Shown: positions 1 to 12,360 of the stretch, piece after piece | How positions within the stretch are numbered: position 1 is the first letter of the stretch | Layout: each line of letters begins with the position of its first letter | NCBI GenBank assembly: GCA_951406725.2 | Contig: OX597826.1 | Coordinates: 83,948,001 to 84,012,000 of the forward strand | Source of the DNA: Octopus vulgaris | Taxonomy: Eukaryota | Length of the DNA stretch: 64,000 bases | Direction: 5' to 3' | The notes under the pieces: model-generated | Told to the model about the DNA's origin: nothing | Seen by the model: only the letters and a program-made list of their open reading frames with translations | Database searches by the model: none | Program-made: the position numbers and the translations under genes

Positions 1-859
1 TTTTTTTTTTTTTTTTCTAATTATTATTCTATGACAGTACAGAAAGGTTTGAGAGACACTTGGCTACTGTTTATAGCAGACTGAATTAATGTCGCATTCA
101 GATAATCAATAGAGTGTTGGACATAATAATTCTTGGTGTTGATTGTATGCTATTACATTCTGAGTTCAAATCCTGCCAAAATCAACCGTACCTAACATTA
201 TTTTATAAAATAAATACCTATCATATACTGGGGTTGGTTGATATAATTAAATACAACTCTTCCTTAAAATTTGGGGCCTTTGTTAGGAATCAATGCAGAA
301 GATGTTTAACATAGTTTTGAGTTCAAACTTTACTTCTTTCAGCCAAATTTGTTGTAAAGTAATGGATATAACACCATTTTCTTCAGTCTACTTGGCTGGT
401 AAACAGTTCCCTCTCCTACTTTACAGTTAGGCGCTATAAAATTTAACACCTTTGTGATCATATTTCTAATGAAATATTTGAAAAAATACTGTTCATGCTT
501 TCATTCTTTTTCTTAAATAATCAGGAATTTGGAGAGATTTAATGGAATAAATTTTCCACTCTAAAGTCGGTATTTAACATAAGACTGATGGATGATTCTA
601 AATTAATACAATTTAAAATAGCTTGTCTGTCACAGAATGAGAATCAGTCCCAAGTGGTTTGGTTTCAAAAGATTTAGATCTTTCCAGAGGTCATCTTACT
701 CCTGCCATTGTGTTATGCTTTTTTGTAAAGCATTGAACTCTCTTTCACCACAACACAAAAACAGCACCCTCCCCACTCCCAACCATAAAAAAACTATTAG
801 TTGACTTTGTCTATCCAAACAAACATAAAATAAATTATATAGCAACACATCTTCTAGTC

Positions 860-1758
860 CAGAGATTCTCAAACTTTTGGGGGCCCATGCCCTCCCCCTC
901 ATGGCCACATAATATCCTCAGTGCCCCCACCCCTATTTTTATGTATAAATAAATATTTTATATTTTACTAATTTGTATATACTATGAATCATTTGATATT
1001 TAATATATTATTATATAATTTGTATGGAGATAAGCTGTGCTTGAGAAGGCCTGACAAGCCAAGTGAGACCATAGCGCATGACCTGTGCCAGTGGGTGTAA
1101 CCAGCCCACTTATGAGTACCCTTCATTCATTGGACAATAAACTTTGCTTGCAAAGACCTATTGAGGCAAGTGAAATCAAAATCAAAATCGCTGATGTGAC
1201 CGATGACAGTACCGCCTGATTAGCACTTGTGTCAGTGGAACATTAAAAGCACATCCGAGCGTGATCGTTGCAAGGGCCATGGATTGGCTCCCATACTGGT
1301 GGCACATAAAAAGTACCATTTGAGCCTGATCGTTGCCAGCATCGCCTTACCGGCACATGTGCCAGTGGCATGTGAAAAACAACATTCAAGCGTGGTCATT
1401 ACCAGTGCTGCCAGACTGGCACTTGTGCCAGTGGCATGTAAAAGCACTCTTGGAGTGGTTGGCATTAGGAAGGGCATCTAGCTGTAGAAACTTTGCCAGA
1501 TCAGATTGGAGTCTGGTGCAGCCTTCTGGCTCACCAGTCCTCAGTCAAACCGTCAAACCCATACCAGTATGGAAAGAGGACGTTAATCAATGATGATGAT
1601 GACTATAATATTATTATAATAATTTCATAGTGGTCCCCCAATCCACTGCCTTCCTCCCAATGCCTCCTTTTTCTCTACTACCCCTTTAGGCACCAGCACG
1701 CACCTGGACCATCTCAACACCCACCGGTGGGTGGTAGCACCCACTTTGAGAATCCATG
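860..1758. mobile_element. hAT (Charlie-like) non-autonomous DNA transposon with a nested RTE 3'-UTR insertion
   Basis: Imperfect TIRs CAGAGATTCTCAAA (860) and TTTGAGAATCCATG (ends 1758); flanking 8-mers TTCTAGTC / TTCTAAAC match 6/8 and fit the NTCTAGAN target typical of Charlie elements. Confidence 0.65.
1029..1602 (+). mobile_element. RTE LINE 3'-UTR fragment ending in (GAT)n
   Basis: Shares GAGTGGTTGGC.TTAGGAAGGGCATC.AGCTGTAGAAAC...ACCGTC.AACCCAT...GGACGTTAA-(GAT)n with the 3' end of the RTE at 12378-12533. Confidence 0.85.
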
Positions 1759-2504
1759 TTCTAAACAGAAATTTCTTTCATGACTTTAGAAGTGTAAATA
1801 TATTCCAATGAATATTCCTATTATTTTCAAGGGTAACAGACATTCCAACCCAGTACCTGCTGTATAATGGGGCTTATTGTACTTGTCAGGATTTGAACTC
1901 AGGAAGTAATAGAATGCCTGAAGAACACAAGATATTATACTCAAATGTTCTACCAATTTTGCTATTCACACTTCATATATTCAACTATTCTGTAGGAAAA
2001 GACAAAAAAAATAAATAATAAATAAAATGATTTGCATCCAAAATACTTCTGATCAACAAAAGACATTAAATGATGTAGTCGTGAATAGATTATGTCATAA
2101 AAAATAATAAAAAAAGAGGGGATTGGTCAAACGTTGAAGTCTGGACAAAGGCTGAAAATTCAACAAAATTTGTGAGTTTCACATTGTCATTGGACTGCAG
2201 ACATGATTATGGGTCTGTTCAATGTGGTCTGAGTTGGGTGTTAATTGTTAACCACAACAACAAACAACTACAATAATATGACTAAGTGCAAAGAGTAAGA
2301 TAGACAAAGCAGCAACATTCTACAACATTAGTGAAATACCATTCTAAAATCACTTTTCTTCTTATCAGATTCAGACAAACACAGCATCTTCACACTCATA
2401 CAATATCACAACACACACACACACACACACACACACACCACAGCCAATATCTCAACACACATCAGATACATACAGAAGAAATATACCAAAATAGCAACAG
2501 AATC

Positions 2505-2940
2505 ATTTGTCCCATTAGATTTCAATCTAGTTGTGCTGATCAAGTCTATCTTTTATTTTTGCCAATATCTCTGTTGAGGAGGTCATAACTAGATCTCTTC
2601 AGTGAACAGATGGACAAATTAGACAGAATGCATTAGACCAGAGTGTAGAAGAGATTGCAGTAGATGTGGTAGTAGCCATTGTTATAGTTCAGTGGTGGTA
2701 AATGTAGTGGCGTTGTAGTAAGCATAGGAGATGCAGCGGTGTTTAGAGACATAGCAGGAGCTGTGGCCACCAATTGTTGGCACCTCCCGTGGGTTTTGTG
2801 GTAGTCACAATGGTGTTGGTAAATGTCAGTCCAGGATAAGCAAATCAAATTATCAAAAGTATTTCAGCTGCGTTCATCCTGTCTATGTGTATCTTGAAGT
2901 ACACTGATTTATAAGCCCTTTGTTGAAATGATGGAAAGTG
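2505..2940 (-). pseudogene. Decayed 3' end of a Penelope-like element with a degenerate hammerhead
   Basis: Minus strand 2619-2505 has CTGAAGA, a 12-bp stem with one mismatch, then GAAA; upstream sequence is only faintly like a GIY-YIG C-terminus. Confidence 0.3.
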
Positions 2941-2946
2941 ATTTCA

Positions 2947-3159
2947 GCCTTTAGCATTAAAACTGGACATATCCAGCCTAAACAATCTCCCAGTTTTATG
3001 TTAAAACTGGCCAGGTCTAACCTCTCACACCTAACCGGAAATGGCTTTCTAAAACTAAGCAATCACATTATGAAAATGTCTTAGCTAATCCATGATTAAT
3101 TGAAAACAATGTGAATAAATATGGATTACAGTTGACAGAACAATCTGAATGAGAAAGGG
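2947..3159. mobile_element. piggyBac-type MITE
   Basis: Ends (G)CCTTTAGCATT ... AATGAGAAAGGG followed by TTAA; reverse-oriented relative of 6590-6807. Confidence 0.65.
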
Positions 3160-3259
3160 TTAAGAGATTTTAGATTTCCGTACATTCCAAACAGATTGAG
3201 TAACTTTGTAGAGGTTTCTTCAGTAGCTCATAACAATGGCAATGGTGACAGCAGAAGCA

Positions 3260-3322
3260 GTGGCGGTGGTGGTGGTGGCGGTGGCGGTGGCGGTGGTGGT
3301 GGTGGTGGTGGTGGTGGTGGTA
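3260..3322. repeat. (GGT/GGC)n microsatellite
   Basis: Direct reading; source of the poly-G and poly-H ORFs. Confidence 0.95.
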
Positions 3323-3607
3323 ATGGTATAGGTTTGAACAAAAGAGAAAATTTCTCCCTTGACTTGATTCACCTAAAATCAAGCCAAATCATTCACCGAC
3401 CGTTGCCAAAATAACAATAAGGTGACATGTCTGGGGGTGTCCAATGCCAAAACAAACCTTCCTGCAGGGTACAAAAGTACAAAAAGGAGGGAGAAAAATT
3501 CTGAGATTTTTTTTTTTCTTTTTATATAATTCAAACAAGTCTTTCCAATTTATCTTTACATAACTTAGCAGAGAAGGAAGGGTAGCACCCACCCATACTG
3601 AATTAAA

Positions 3608-3902
3608 CCCTTTTGATACCAATCCACCCAAGACCACCACTGATGTTCCAAACACCAGCTTCATAATGACAAAGTTCTTTTAATGAATTCTTCCATTTTT
3701 AAAAAATTTATCAAAACGATGTCAGTGAACATTATTTACATTATTTACATTTGACGGATATTTGTCCTCATCTTGTTTGTTGTTAACTCAGCGTTTCGGC
3801 TGATATACCCTCCAGCCTTGTAAATAATGTACATAATTCCTCATCTCTTGAATATAGAACTGAATGTCAGTGAATTTCAACAAAAATTTGGAAGCAAAAG
3901 GA
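3608..3902. mobile_element. piggyBac-type MITE interrupted at 3730-3863
   Basis: TTAAA-CCCTTTTGATACC ... GGAAGCAAAAGGA-TTAA degenerate TIRs. Confidence 0.55.
3730..3863. mobile_element. Truncated, partly inverted copy of the tRNA-hammerhead element
   Basis: 3730-3819 is nearly identical to 30485-30575; 3820-3863 is the family tail in the opposite orientation (matches 43165-43198); flanked by 11-bp direct repeat ATGTCAGTGAA (3719-3729, 3864-3874). Confidence 0.8.
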
Positions 3903-4296
3903 TTAAGAATATCAAGGAGTGTCAGGTGGAAATTATTCCCAGACAGGTGACCTGGTCCAAACGAAAGCAGAATGGATTCTACTAAACATATTAATTAACC
4001 ATGTTAACGATATTAAACCACTGGCAAGTTAAAATGCAAAGTTAACCTGGGTATGATTTGAACTTAGAACATAAACTGCTGCAAAGAATTGCTATCAAGC
4101 ACCTTACCAATTCTGTCAAGCGACTGTCCTCAAATAGAATGTTTTAAACAAATGAGGGAATGTCTATGTGTTCACTTGACTTGCTGAAAACAGCAGCCAA
4201 ATCTCTCCCTCAAATCACAAATGGTCATGGTGTTATATACATTTGATCAGAGGCTCAGCTGGATGTGAGCCAGCCTAGGGCTAAACAGCAACAACA

Positions 4297-4339
<43 letters not shown>

Positions 4340-4638
4340 TCACCATAGTAGTGTTTCTTGGTATAGAACCCCCACCCCACCACACACACATCAACGATTA
4401 GAGAGAAATCTAGGATTTCTTTAGATTTCTCTAGAAATAGAAAGACCAGAGTAAAAGAAGAGGAAGAAGAATCGAAGAGCAGAGGAAGACGGGGAATAAG
4501 AAAATATAACTGAAAAAAGAAAAGAAATAACATCTAGAAAACCAGAATTAATTTTGATTCAATAAAGAGATTGCAGAAAACTGACACAAAGAATTTCAGT
4601 AACAGAATTAAAAAAATATACATACACACAGATATATA

Positions 4639-4682
<44 letters not shown>

Positions 4683-5361
4683 GAGGTTGTGACAGGTGTT
4701 AGCGTTTTCATGGTAGCAGAAGAATTTGTTGTCTAAAAGCCAGTAAAATTGAGGAGTGGATTGCTTAACAACAAAATATTTCAGTTTAAGAATTAAAAGT
4801 TTCCTTTACTAATAATTCCCATTTTCTCCTATATTTTTAAATCTGTTTTCGTTTAGCACATAAAATACATTTCTTTCTAATTTTAGCACAAGGCCAGCAA
4901 TTTTTTTTGGGGGGAAGGGGTAAGCTAATCACATTAACCCTCGGTGCTCAACTGATATTTATTTTACATCACTCAAAAGTTTCTAAATTCTTATAACATC
5001 AACATACACACATATATATACATGTGTGTATATATATATATCATCATCATTATTGTCGTTTAATGTCCACTTTCCATGCTGGCATGGGTTGGACAGTTTG
5101 ACTGAGGACTGGCAATAATAGAAATAATAATGTGGTAACATTGTTCTGTATGGAACAACTATGGTGAAGTGGTGACAACCATTACTTTCCAAGCAGAGTT
5201 ACTACTTACATCTCTTGTAGAGATTTTAGAACTAGCAACTTTGCTTTAATAATAGTGTGATAAAAACTGACCATTCCTTCTGCTTGTCAACTATTCATTT
5301 GAAGGGATCTGAAGGAACCCCTCCCTGTTACACCAGAATCGGTCACTATACATGACTCTCT

Positions 5362-5780
5362 CTCTTTACTCTTTTACTCTTTTACATGTTTCAGTCATTT
5401 GACTGCGGCCATGCTGGAGCACCGCCTTTAGTCGAGCAAATCAACCCCGGGACTTATTCTTTGTAAGCCCAGTACTTATTCTATCGGTCTCTTTTGCCGA
5501 ACCGCTAAGTGACGGGGACGTAAACACACCAGCATCGGTTGTCAAGCAATGCTAGGGGTACAAACACAGACACACAAACACATACACATACATATACATA
5601 TATATATACATATATACGACAGGCTTCTTTCAGTTTCCGTCTACCAAATCCACTCACAAGGCATTGGTCGGCCCGGGGCTATAGCAGAAGACACTTTCCC
5701 AAGATGCCACGCAGTGGGACTGAACCCGGAACCATGTGGTTGGTTAGCAAGCTACTTACCACACAGCCACTCCTGCGCCT
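5362..5780 (-). mobile_element. Full-length tRNA-derived SINE (family A)
   Basis: Minus strand AGGCGCAGGAGTGGCTGTGTGG (A box) ... GGTTCAGTCCC (B box), internal (TG/TA)n, (AAAGAGTA)n tail; 3' end resembles the CR1-like LINE 3' UTR at 24248-24286. Confidence 0.9.
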
Positions 5781-6001
5781 GTCTAGTTTTTATATACTTT
5801 TTTAAGCCCTTTAGAAAAATAAATTAGTAGGTAAACTCTTCCTAACATGCATACATATTCTGCCATATACTCACATACAAGGTAGTGTATATAAATTTAT
5901 ATATATATATACACACATATATCTATTTATATGCACACGTATATACTGCTTACATTCTTATCATTGTTGCTACTTATATTAATATACATTTTAAAATATT
6001 T

Positions 6002-6205
6002 GCACAAGGCCAGCAATTTCAGGGGCTGTTGGGGCTAAGTCAATTAAACTAACCCCAATGCTCAACCGGTATTTATTTTATTGACCCAGAAATAATGAAA
6101 GGCAAAGTCAACCTCGGTGGCATTTGAACTCAGCACGTAAAGATAGACGAAATACTGCTAAGCCATTTGCCCAGCATGCTAACGATTCTGCCAAGTTGCC
6201 GCCTT
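6002..6205 (-). mobile_element. tRNA-derived SINE (family B)
   Basis: Minus strand AAGGCGGC..TGGCAGAATCGTTAG ... GAGTTCAAAT B box, then GTTGACTTTGCCTTTCAT central domain; many copies in the window. Confidence 0.85.
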
Positions 6206-6280
6206 ACCATTTATGCTAATATTAATATATGCTGAGTTTTGGAATACATTTCACAAGCTCCTTTTGTACCTCAATAATAA

Positions 6281-6870
6281 ATGTCAGGGACTTCATTACT
6301 GCAGCTGGTGACTTCAATGAATTTCATGGTGCGCAGCAGGGAGGTTCCAGCTTGGGCTCAAGAAATGAGGAGGCAATGAGGCTGCTGGACTTCTCTGATG
6401 CAAATGACCAGATGACTGACCTGCAACACTAATTCCAGAAAATCAAACATCTGCCTGATCAACAGTTAGCGTGGGGTGGAGAACACAAGCCAGATCGACC
6501 AAATCTTTACCAGAAAAAGAGATAACAATAGCTATTAGTAAATGCAAAGTCTCTCAACATCGGTTACTGGTTAGTGGCTTCAGCATTAACCCGCTTCGTC
6601 TTCAGATTACTCGATCAAATGTAAGACTCATTTATTCACATTGTTTTTTATCAATCATCCATTATCTTGTAACTTTGAGATTTTGAAGATGTGACCATAT
6701 TTTCAGACTGACATGTAGGCTAGGTGTGAGAGGCTGGATCTAGTTGGTATGAATATAAAACTGGTACAGTATTTTGGCCTGATATGGCCAGTTTAAATGC
6801 TAAAGGGTTAAAGCTAGAAGGACTCAGGGGAAAAAAACCATGGAAAAGAAGGATGTGGAAGCTGAAAGAG
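6281..6870 (+). pseudogene. RTE LINE AP-endonuclease relic split by a MITE
   Basis: Fragments translate as AAGDFN, GSRNEEAMRLLDF, QHRLLVS, RRMWKLK with stops and frameshifts. Confidence 0.7.
6590..6807. mobile_element. piggyBac-type MITE
   Basis: TTAA at 6586-6589 and 6808-6811; termini CCC... and ...AATGCTAAAGGG. Confidence 0.75.
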
Positions 6871-7238
6871 ACAGCAATCGGCCATTTAGAGTGCCAATGC
6901 CCAATGCCAAACTCAACTTGGTTTCTACAGCTGATGTCTTTCCCAATGCCAACCACATCACAGTGTGTGCCTTTTCATGCCACTGGCACTAGTGAGGTTG
7001 CTGAGTAGCCTCACACATAACTCTGTGTGTGTGTGTGTGTGTGTGTGTACATATATATATATATCATTATCATTGCCTTTATTTAACATCTGTTTTCCAT
7101 GCTGGCATGGGTTGGACGGTTTGACTAGACGTGGCAAATTCGAGAGCTGCACCAGGTTCCAGTCTGATGCATTTACATGAACATTATATATAGATGGAGG
7201 CGTGTGTGTGAATTTATATAAACATATAAATGTGTATG

Positions 7239-7272
<34 letters not shown>

Positions 7273-7302
7273 CATATACATACATATACATATACATACA
7301 TA

Positions 7303-7680
7303 TCATCATCATCATCATCATCGTTTAGCGTCCGTTTTCCATGCTAGCATGGGTTGGACGGTTCTACTGGGGTCTGTGAAGCCAGAAGACTTCATCAGGC
7401 CCAGTCAAATCTGGCAGTGTTTCTACGGCTGGATGCCCTTCCTAACGCCAACCACTCCGAGAGTGAAGTGGGTGCTTTTTACGTGCCACCCGCACAAGTG
7501 CCAGACGAAGCTGGCAAACGGCCACGAACGGATGGTGCTTTTTATGTGCCACCGGCACGAGGGCCAGGCGAGGCTGGCAATGGAAACGAAACGGGGCGGT
7601 GCTGGCAACGGTCGCGAAATGGAAGGTTCTCTTACATGCCACCAGCACTGGTAACACATCTGCAATTTCCATTGATCGAT
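7303..7680 (-). mobile_element. RTE LINE 3'-UTR fragment
   Basis: (ATC)n then GTTTAGCGTCCGTTTTCCATGCTAGCATGGGTTGGACGG, the reverse complement of the RTE 3' end. Confidence 0.85.
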
Positions 7681-7846
7681 TTCAATATACATACATATAT
7701 ATATACATACATATATATATACATACATATATACATACATATATATATACATACATATATACATACATATATACATACATATATATATACATACATATAT
7801 ACATACATATATATATACATACATACATATATACATACATACATAC

Positions 7847-7883
<37 letters not shown>

Positions 7884-7940
7884 CATATACATACAGACAT
7901 ATACATCATCATCATCATCATCATCATCGTTTAGCGTCCG

Positions 7941-7979
<39 letters not shown>

Positions 7980-8013
7980 CATACATATACATACATATAT
8001 ATATATATATACA

Positions 8014-8338
8014 TCGCCAGCCTCGTCTGGCACCTGTGTCAGTGGCACATAAAAAACACCAACCGAGCGTGGCCGTCTGCCAGCCTCGTCTGGCACTTGT
8101 GTCGGTGGCACATAAAAAACACCATCCGAGCGTGGCCGTTCTCCAGCCTCGTCTGGCACCTGTGTCGGTGGCACATAAAATCACCCACTACACTCTCGGA
8201 GTGGTTGGCGTTAGGAAGGGCATCCGGCTGTAGAAACACTGCCAGATCTGACTGGCCTAGTGCAGCCTTCGGGCTCCCCGTCCAACCCATGCAGCATGGA
8301 AAGCGGACGTTAAACGATGATGATGATGATGATGATGA
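8014..8338 (+). mobile_element. RTE LINE 3'-UTR fragment inserted in (TA/TACA)n
   Basis: Near-identical to 12195-12533, including the 61-62 bp repeats. Confidence 0.9.
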
Positions 8339-8418
8339 TACATATATATATACATATATATACATACATATATACATATATATGTGTGTGTGTGTGTGTA
8401 TATATATATATGTGTGTG

Positions 8419-8456
<38 letters not shown>

Positions 8457-8679
8457 GGCGCATATCCGTCTGTGCGTCTATGTAGCTCTTAGTGATAATC
8501 CCTCACTACATGACAGTGACACTTGCTAGTTTGCGTTTGTGCCTCTGTAACTCAGTTGTTTGTCAAATATTACCCAACAGAAAATGTATTAGACTTAAAA
8601 TATGGAGCAGGTTCCATTTGATAAACAAAACCCTTCAACCTAGTGCCTAACCATGGCTAAAGTTCAATGACTGGAACAG

Positions 8680-8716
<37 letters not shown>

Positions 8717-8745
8717 GGAATAATTACTATGAAGCATTGTGTAGG

Positions 8746-9071
8746 ATATCTTGTATAAAGGATCGTGGGTAGGGCCAGAACAATGCGAAGTAAATGCAAG
8801 GCAAATCCCAAGAAAACAAATATATGAATTAATGTAGACTTTCCTTGCATTCAATATTTTGGGGTTATGACCCCATTTTCAGGAAACTGACAAATGTTGC
8901 CGATGTGCACATATCAGCAATATTCGTCAATTTCTTGAAAATGGGGTCATAACCCCAAAATATTGAATGCAAGGAAAGTCTACATTAATTCATATATTTG
9001 TTTTGTTGGGATTTGCCTTGCATTTACTTTGTATTGTTCTGGCCCTACCCACGATCCTTTATACAAGATAT
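8746..9071. repeat. 326-bp near-perfect palindrome without spacer
   Basis: Arms ATATCTTGTATAAAGGATCGTGGG... and ...CCCACGATCCTTTATACAAGATAT pair through to a centre at 8908/8909. Confidence 0.95.
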
Positions 9072-9360
9072 ATATATATATTACACACACACACACATTT
9101 TATATTAATTCATAATTATATAATATAATGATATTGAAGAGTGCAGATAAACCACATCAACACGCTAGAAGCAGATACCAAATGGCTCTAAAAACCACAT
9201 CTACACTCCATTAGCACAGGTTGTAAGTGGGCAGAAGAAAAATAAATAAGAATTTTTTTTTATAAAATTTGATCACCTGTATGGTTTTTAATTTGACGCT
9301 GGCCACTTGATGAAATCATTAAAGTGGCTTTTATCCATAATTTTGTATAAAAAAATAATA

Positions 9361-9927
<567 letters not shown>

Positions 9928-9945
9928 TAGCCAAAACCTAGCCAA

Positions 9946-10802
9946 AACCTAGCCAAAACCAAAGTTCTAATAAGTAGGAAGGTAGATCAATCACAAACGC
10001 CTTCAGGTAGATGGCCCTGCTCGATCTGTAAAAAAGGTGTAGGTAGAAACTCTATAAGATGCACCAAGTGTAAGCTATGGACACATAAGAGGTGCAGCAA
10101 TGTCAAAGGAAGGCTAACTAGGAAAATAGTTTTTGTCTGTGGCAAATGCTCAGGAGCAATAAACACTGGAAATATGCAGAGACCAACTTCTGCCACGTTC
10201 CAGGGAGACAAACTAGAAGTAGTTGATAGCTTCCGCTACCTAGGAGACCAAGTCAGTAGCGGGGGTGGGTGTGCTGAAAGTGTAACTGCTAGAGTAAGAA
10301 TAGCCTGGGCAAAGTTTAGAGAGCTCTTACCCCTGCTGGTGACAAGAGGCCTCTCGCTCAGAGTAAAAGGCAGACTGTATGATGCATGTGTACGTACAGC
10401 CATGCTACATGGTAGTGAAACATGGGCCGTGACTGCTGAGGATATGCGTAAGCTCGCAAGAAATGAAGCCAGTATGCTCCGATGGATGTGTAATGTCAGT
10501 GTTCATAATCGTCAGAGTGTAAGTTCCTTGAGAGAAAAGCTGAACCTAAGAAGCGTCAGTTGTGGCGTGCAAGAGAGACGGCTGCGCTGGTATGGTCATG
10601 TGACAAGAAAGGCTGAAGATAGTTGTGTGCAAAAGTGCTACACCCTAGCAGTGGAGGGAACCTGTGGAAGAGGTAGACCCAGGAAAACCTGGGACGAGGT
10701 GGTGAAGCACGACCTTCGAACTTTAGGTCTCACTAAGGAAATGTCTAGAGACCGAGACCTATGGAGAAGTATGCTGTGCATGAGAAGACCCGGCAAGACT
10801 AG
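9946..10802 (+). pseudogene. RTE ORF C-terminal part: end of RT, PHD finger, thumb and C-terminal domain
   Basis: [51 protein letters not shown]; probable true stop TAG 10800-10802 after a 2-nt insertion near 10768. Confidence 0.9.
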
Positions 10803-10829
10803 TCAGGCCATAACCCGTGGCCCCGACCT

Positions 10830-12360
10830 GGGACGTAGTCAGTCCTGTGCATACCTTCCTTCTTGTGACACTTATGAAGACCTGTTGAGGCAAGTGAAAA
10901 TCAAATCAAATCAAATCAAAACAAATCAAATAGATGAACATCAGTGGAATTGTATTCTTTGTGGTACCAGTGCCGGTGGCACACAAGAAAACCACCCAAA
11001 CGTGGCCGTAACCAGTACCGCATCGACTGGCCTCCGTGCTGTGGGCACAACAAACACCATCCGATCGTGGCCGTTCGCCAGCCTCATCTGGCACCTGTGC
11101 CGGTGGCACATAAAGACACCATCCGAAGACCCGGCGACGTAGTCAGTCCACCTGTGCATACCTTCCCTCTTATGACACTTGTGAAGACCTGTTGAGGCAA
11201 GTGTGTGACACTTGTGAAGACCTATTGAGGCAGAGGCAAGTGTGTGACACTGGTGGAGACCTGTTGAGGCAAGTGTGTGACCCTGTGAAGACCTGTTGAG
11301 GCAAGTGAAAATCAAACCAAATCAAAATAGATGAATATCAATGGAATTTGTATCTTTGTGGTTCCAGTACAGGTGGCACACAAGAAAACCATCCGAACGT
11401 GGCCGTAGCTGGTACCGCATCGACTGGCCTCCGTGCTGTGGGCACAACAAACACCATCTGATCGTGGCCGTTCGCCAGCCTCACCTGGCACCTGTGTCGG
11501 TGGCACATAAAAACACCATCCAAAGACCCGGCGACGTAGTCAGTCCACCTGTGCATACCTTCCCTCTTATGACACTTGTGAAGACCTGTTGAGGCAGAGG
11601 CAAGTGTGTGACACTTTGTGAAGACCTGCTGAGGCAGAGGCAAGTGTGTGACACTTGTGGAGACCTGTTGAGGCAAGTGTGTGACACGCGTGACACTTGT
11701 GAAGACCTGTTGAGGCAAGTGAAAATCAAAATCAAAATCAAACCAAATCAAAATAGATGAACATCAATGGAATTTGTATCTTTGTGGTTCCAGTACCGGT
11801 GGCACACAAGAAAACCATCCGATCGTGGCCGTTCGCCAGCCACATCTGGCACCTGTGTCGGTGGCACATAAAGACACCATCCGAAGACCCGGCGACGTAG
11901 ACAGTCCACCTGTGCATACCTTCCTTCTTGTGACACTTGTGAAGACCTGTTGAGGCAAGTGAAAATCAAATCAAATCAAATCAAAATAGATGAACATAAA
12001 TGGAATTTGTATCTTTGTGGTACCAGTGCCGGTGGCACACAAGAAAATCATCCGAACGTGGCCGTAGCCAGTACCGCATAGACTGGCCTCCGTGCTTTGG
12101 GGACGTAACAAACACCATCCGATCGTGGCCGTCCGCCAGCCTCATCTGGCACCTGTGTCGGTGGCACATAAAAACACCATCCGAGCGTGGCCGTCTGCCA
12201 GCCTCGTCTGGCACCTGTGTCGGTGGCACATAAAAACACCATCCGAGCGTGGCCGTCTGCCAGCCTCGTCTGGCACCTGTGTCGGTGGCACATAAAAACA
12301 CCATCCGAGCGTGGCCGTTCGCCAGCCTGCGTCTGGCACCTGTGTCGGTGGCACATAAAA
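10830..12360 (+). repeat. Hierarchical tandem repeats in the RTE 3' UTR
   Basis: Unit of about 300-400 bp restarting at GACGTAG(T/A)CAGTCC (10832, 11136, 11533, 11894), a 29-35 bp GTGACACTTGTGAAGACCTGTTGAGGCAAGT unit, and 61-bp units at 12113-12360. Confidence 0.9.

Noticed and set aside
9130-9205. Possible decayed hammerhead (TTGAAGAGT...GCTCTAAAA)
   Set aside because: Too many core mismatches to support.
11170-12360. Repeat-spacer appearance resembling a CRISPR array
   Set aside because: Units are tandem and the intervening sequences are themselves repeated; the region lies in a LINE 3' UTR of a eukaryote; no cas genes.
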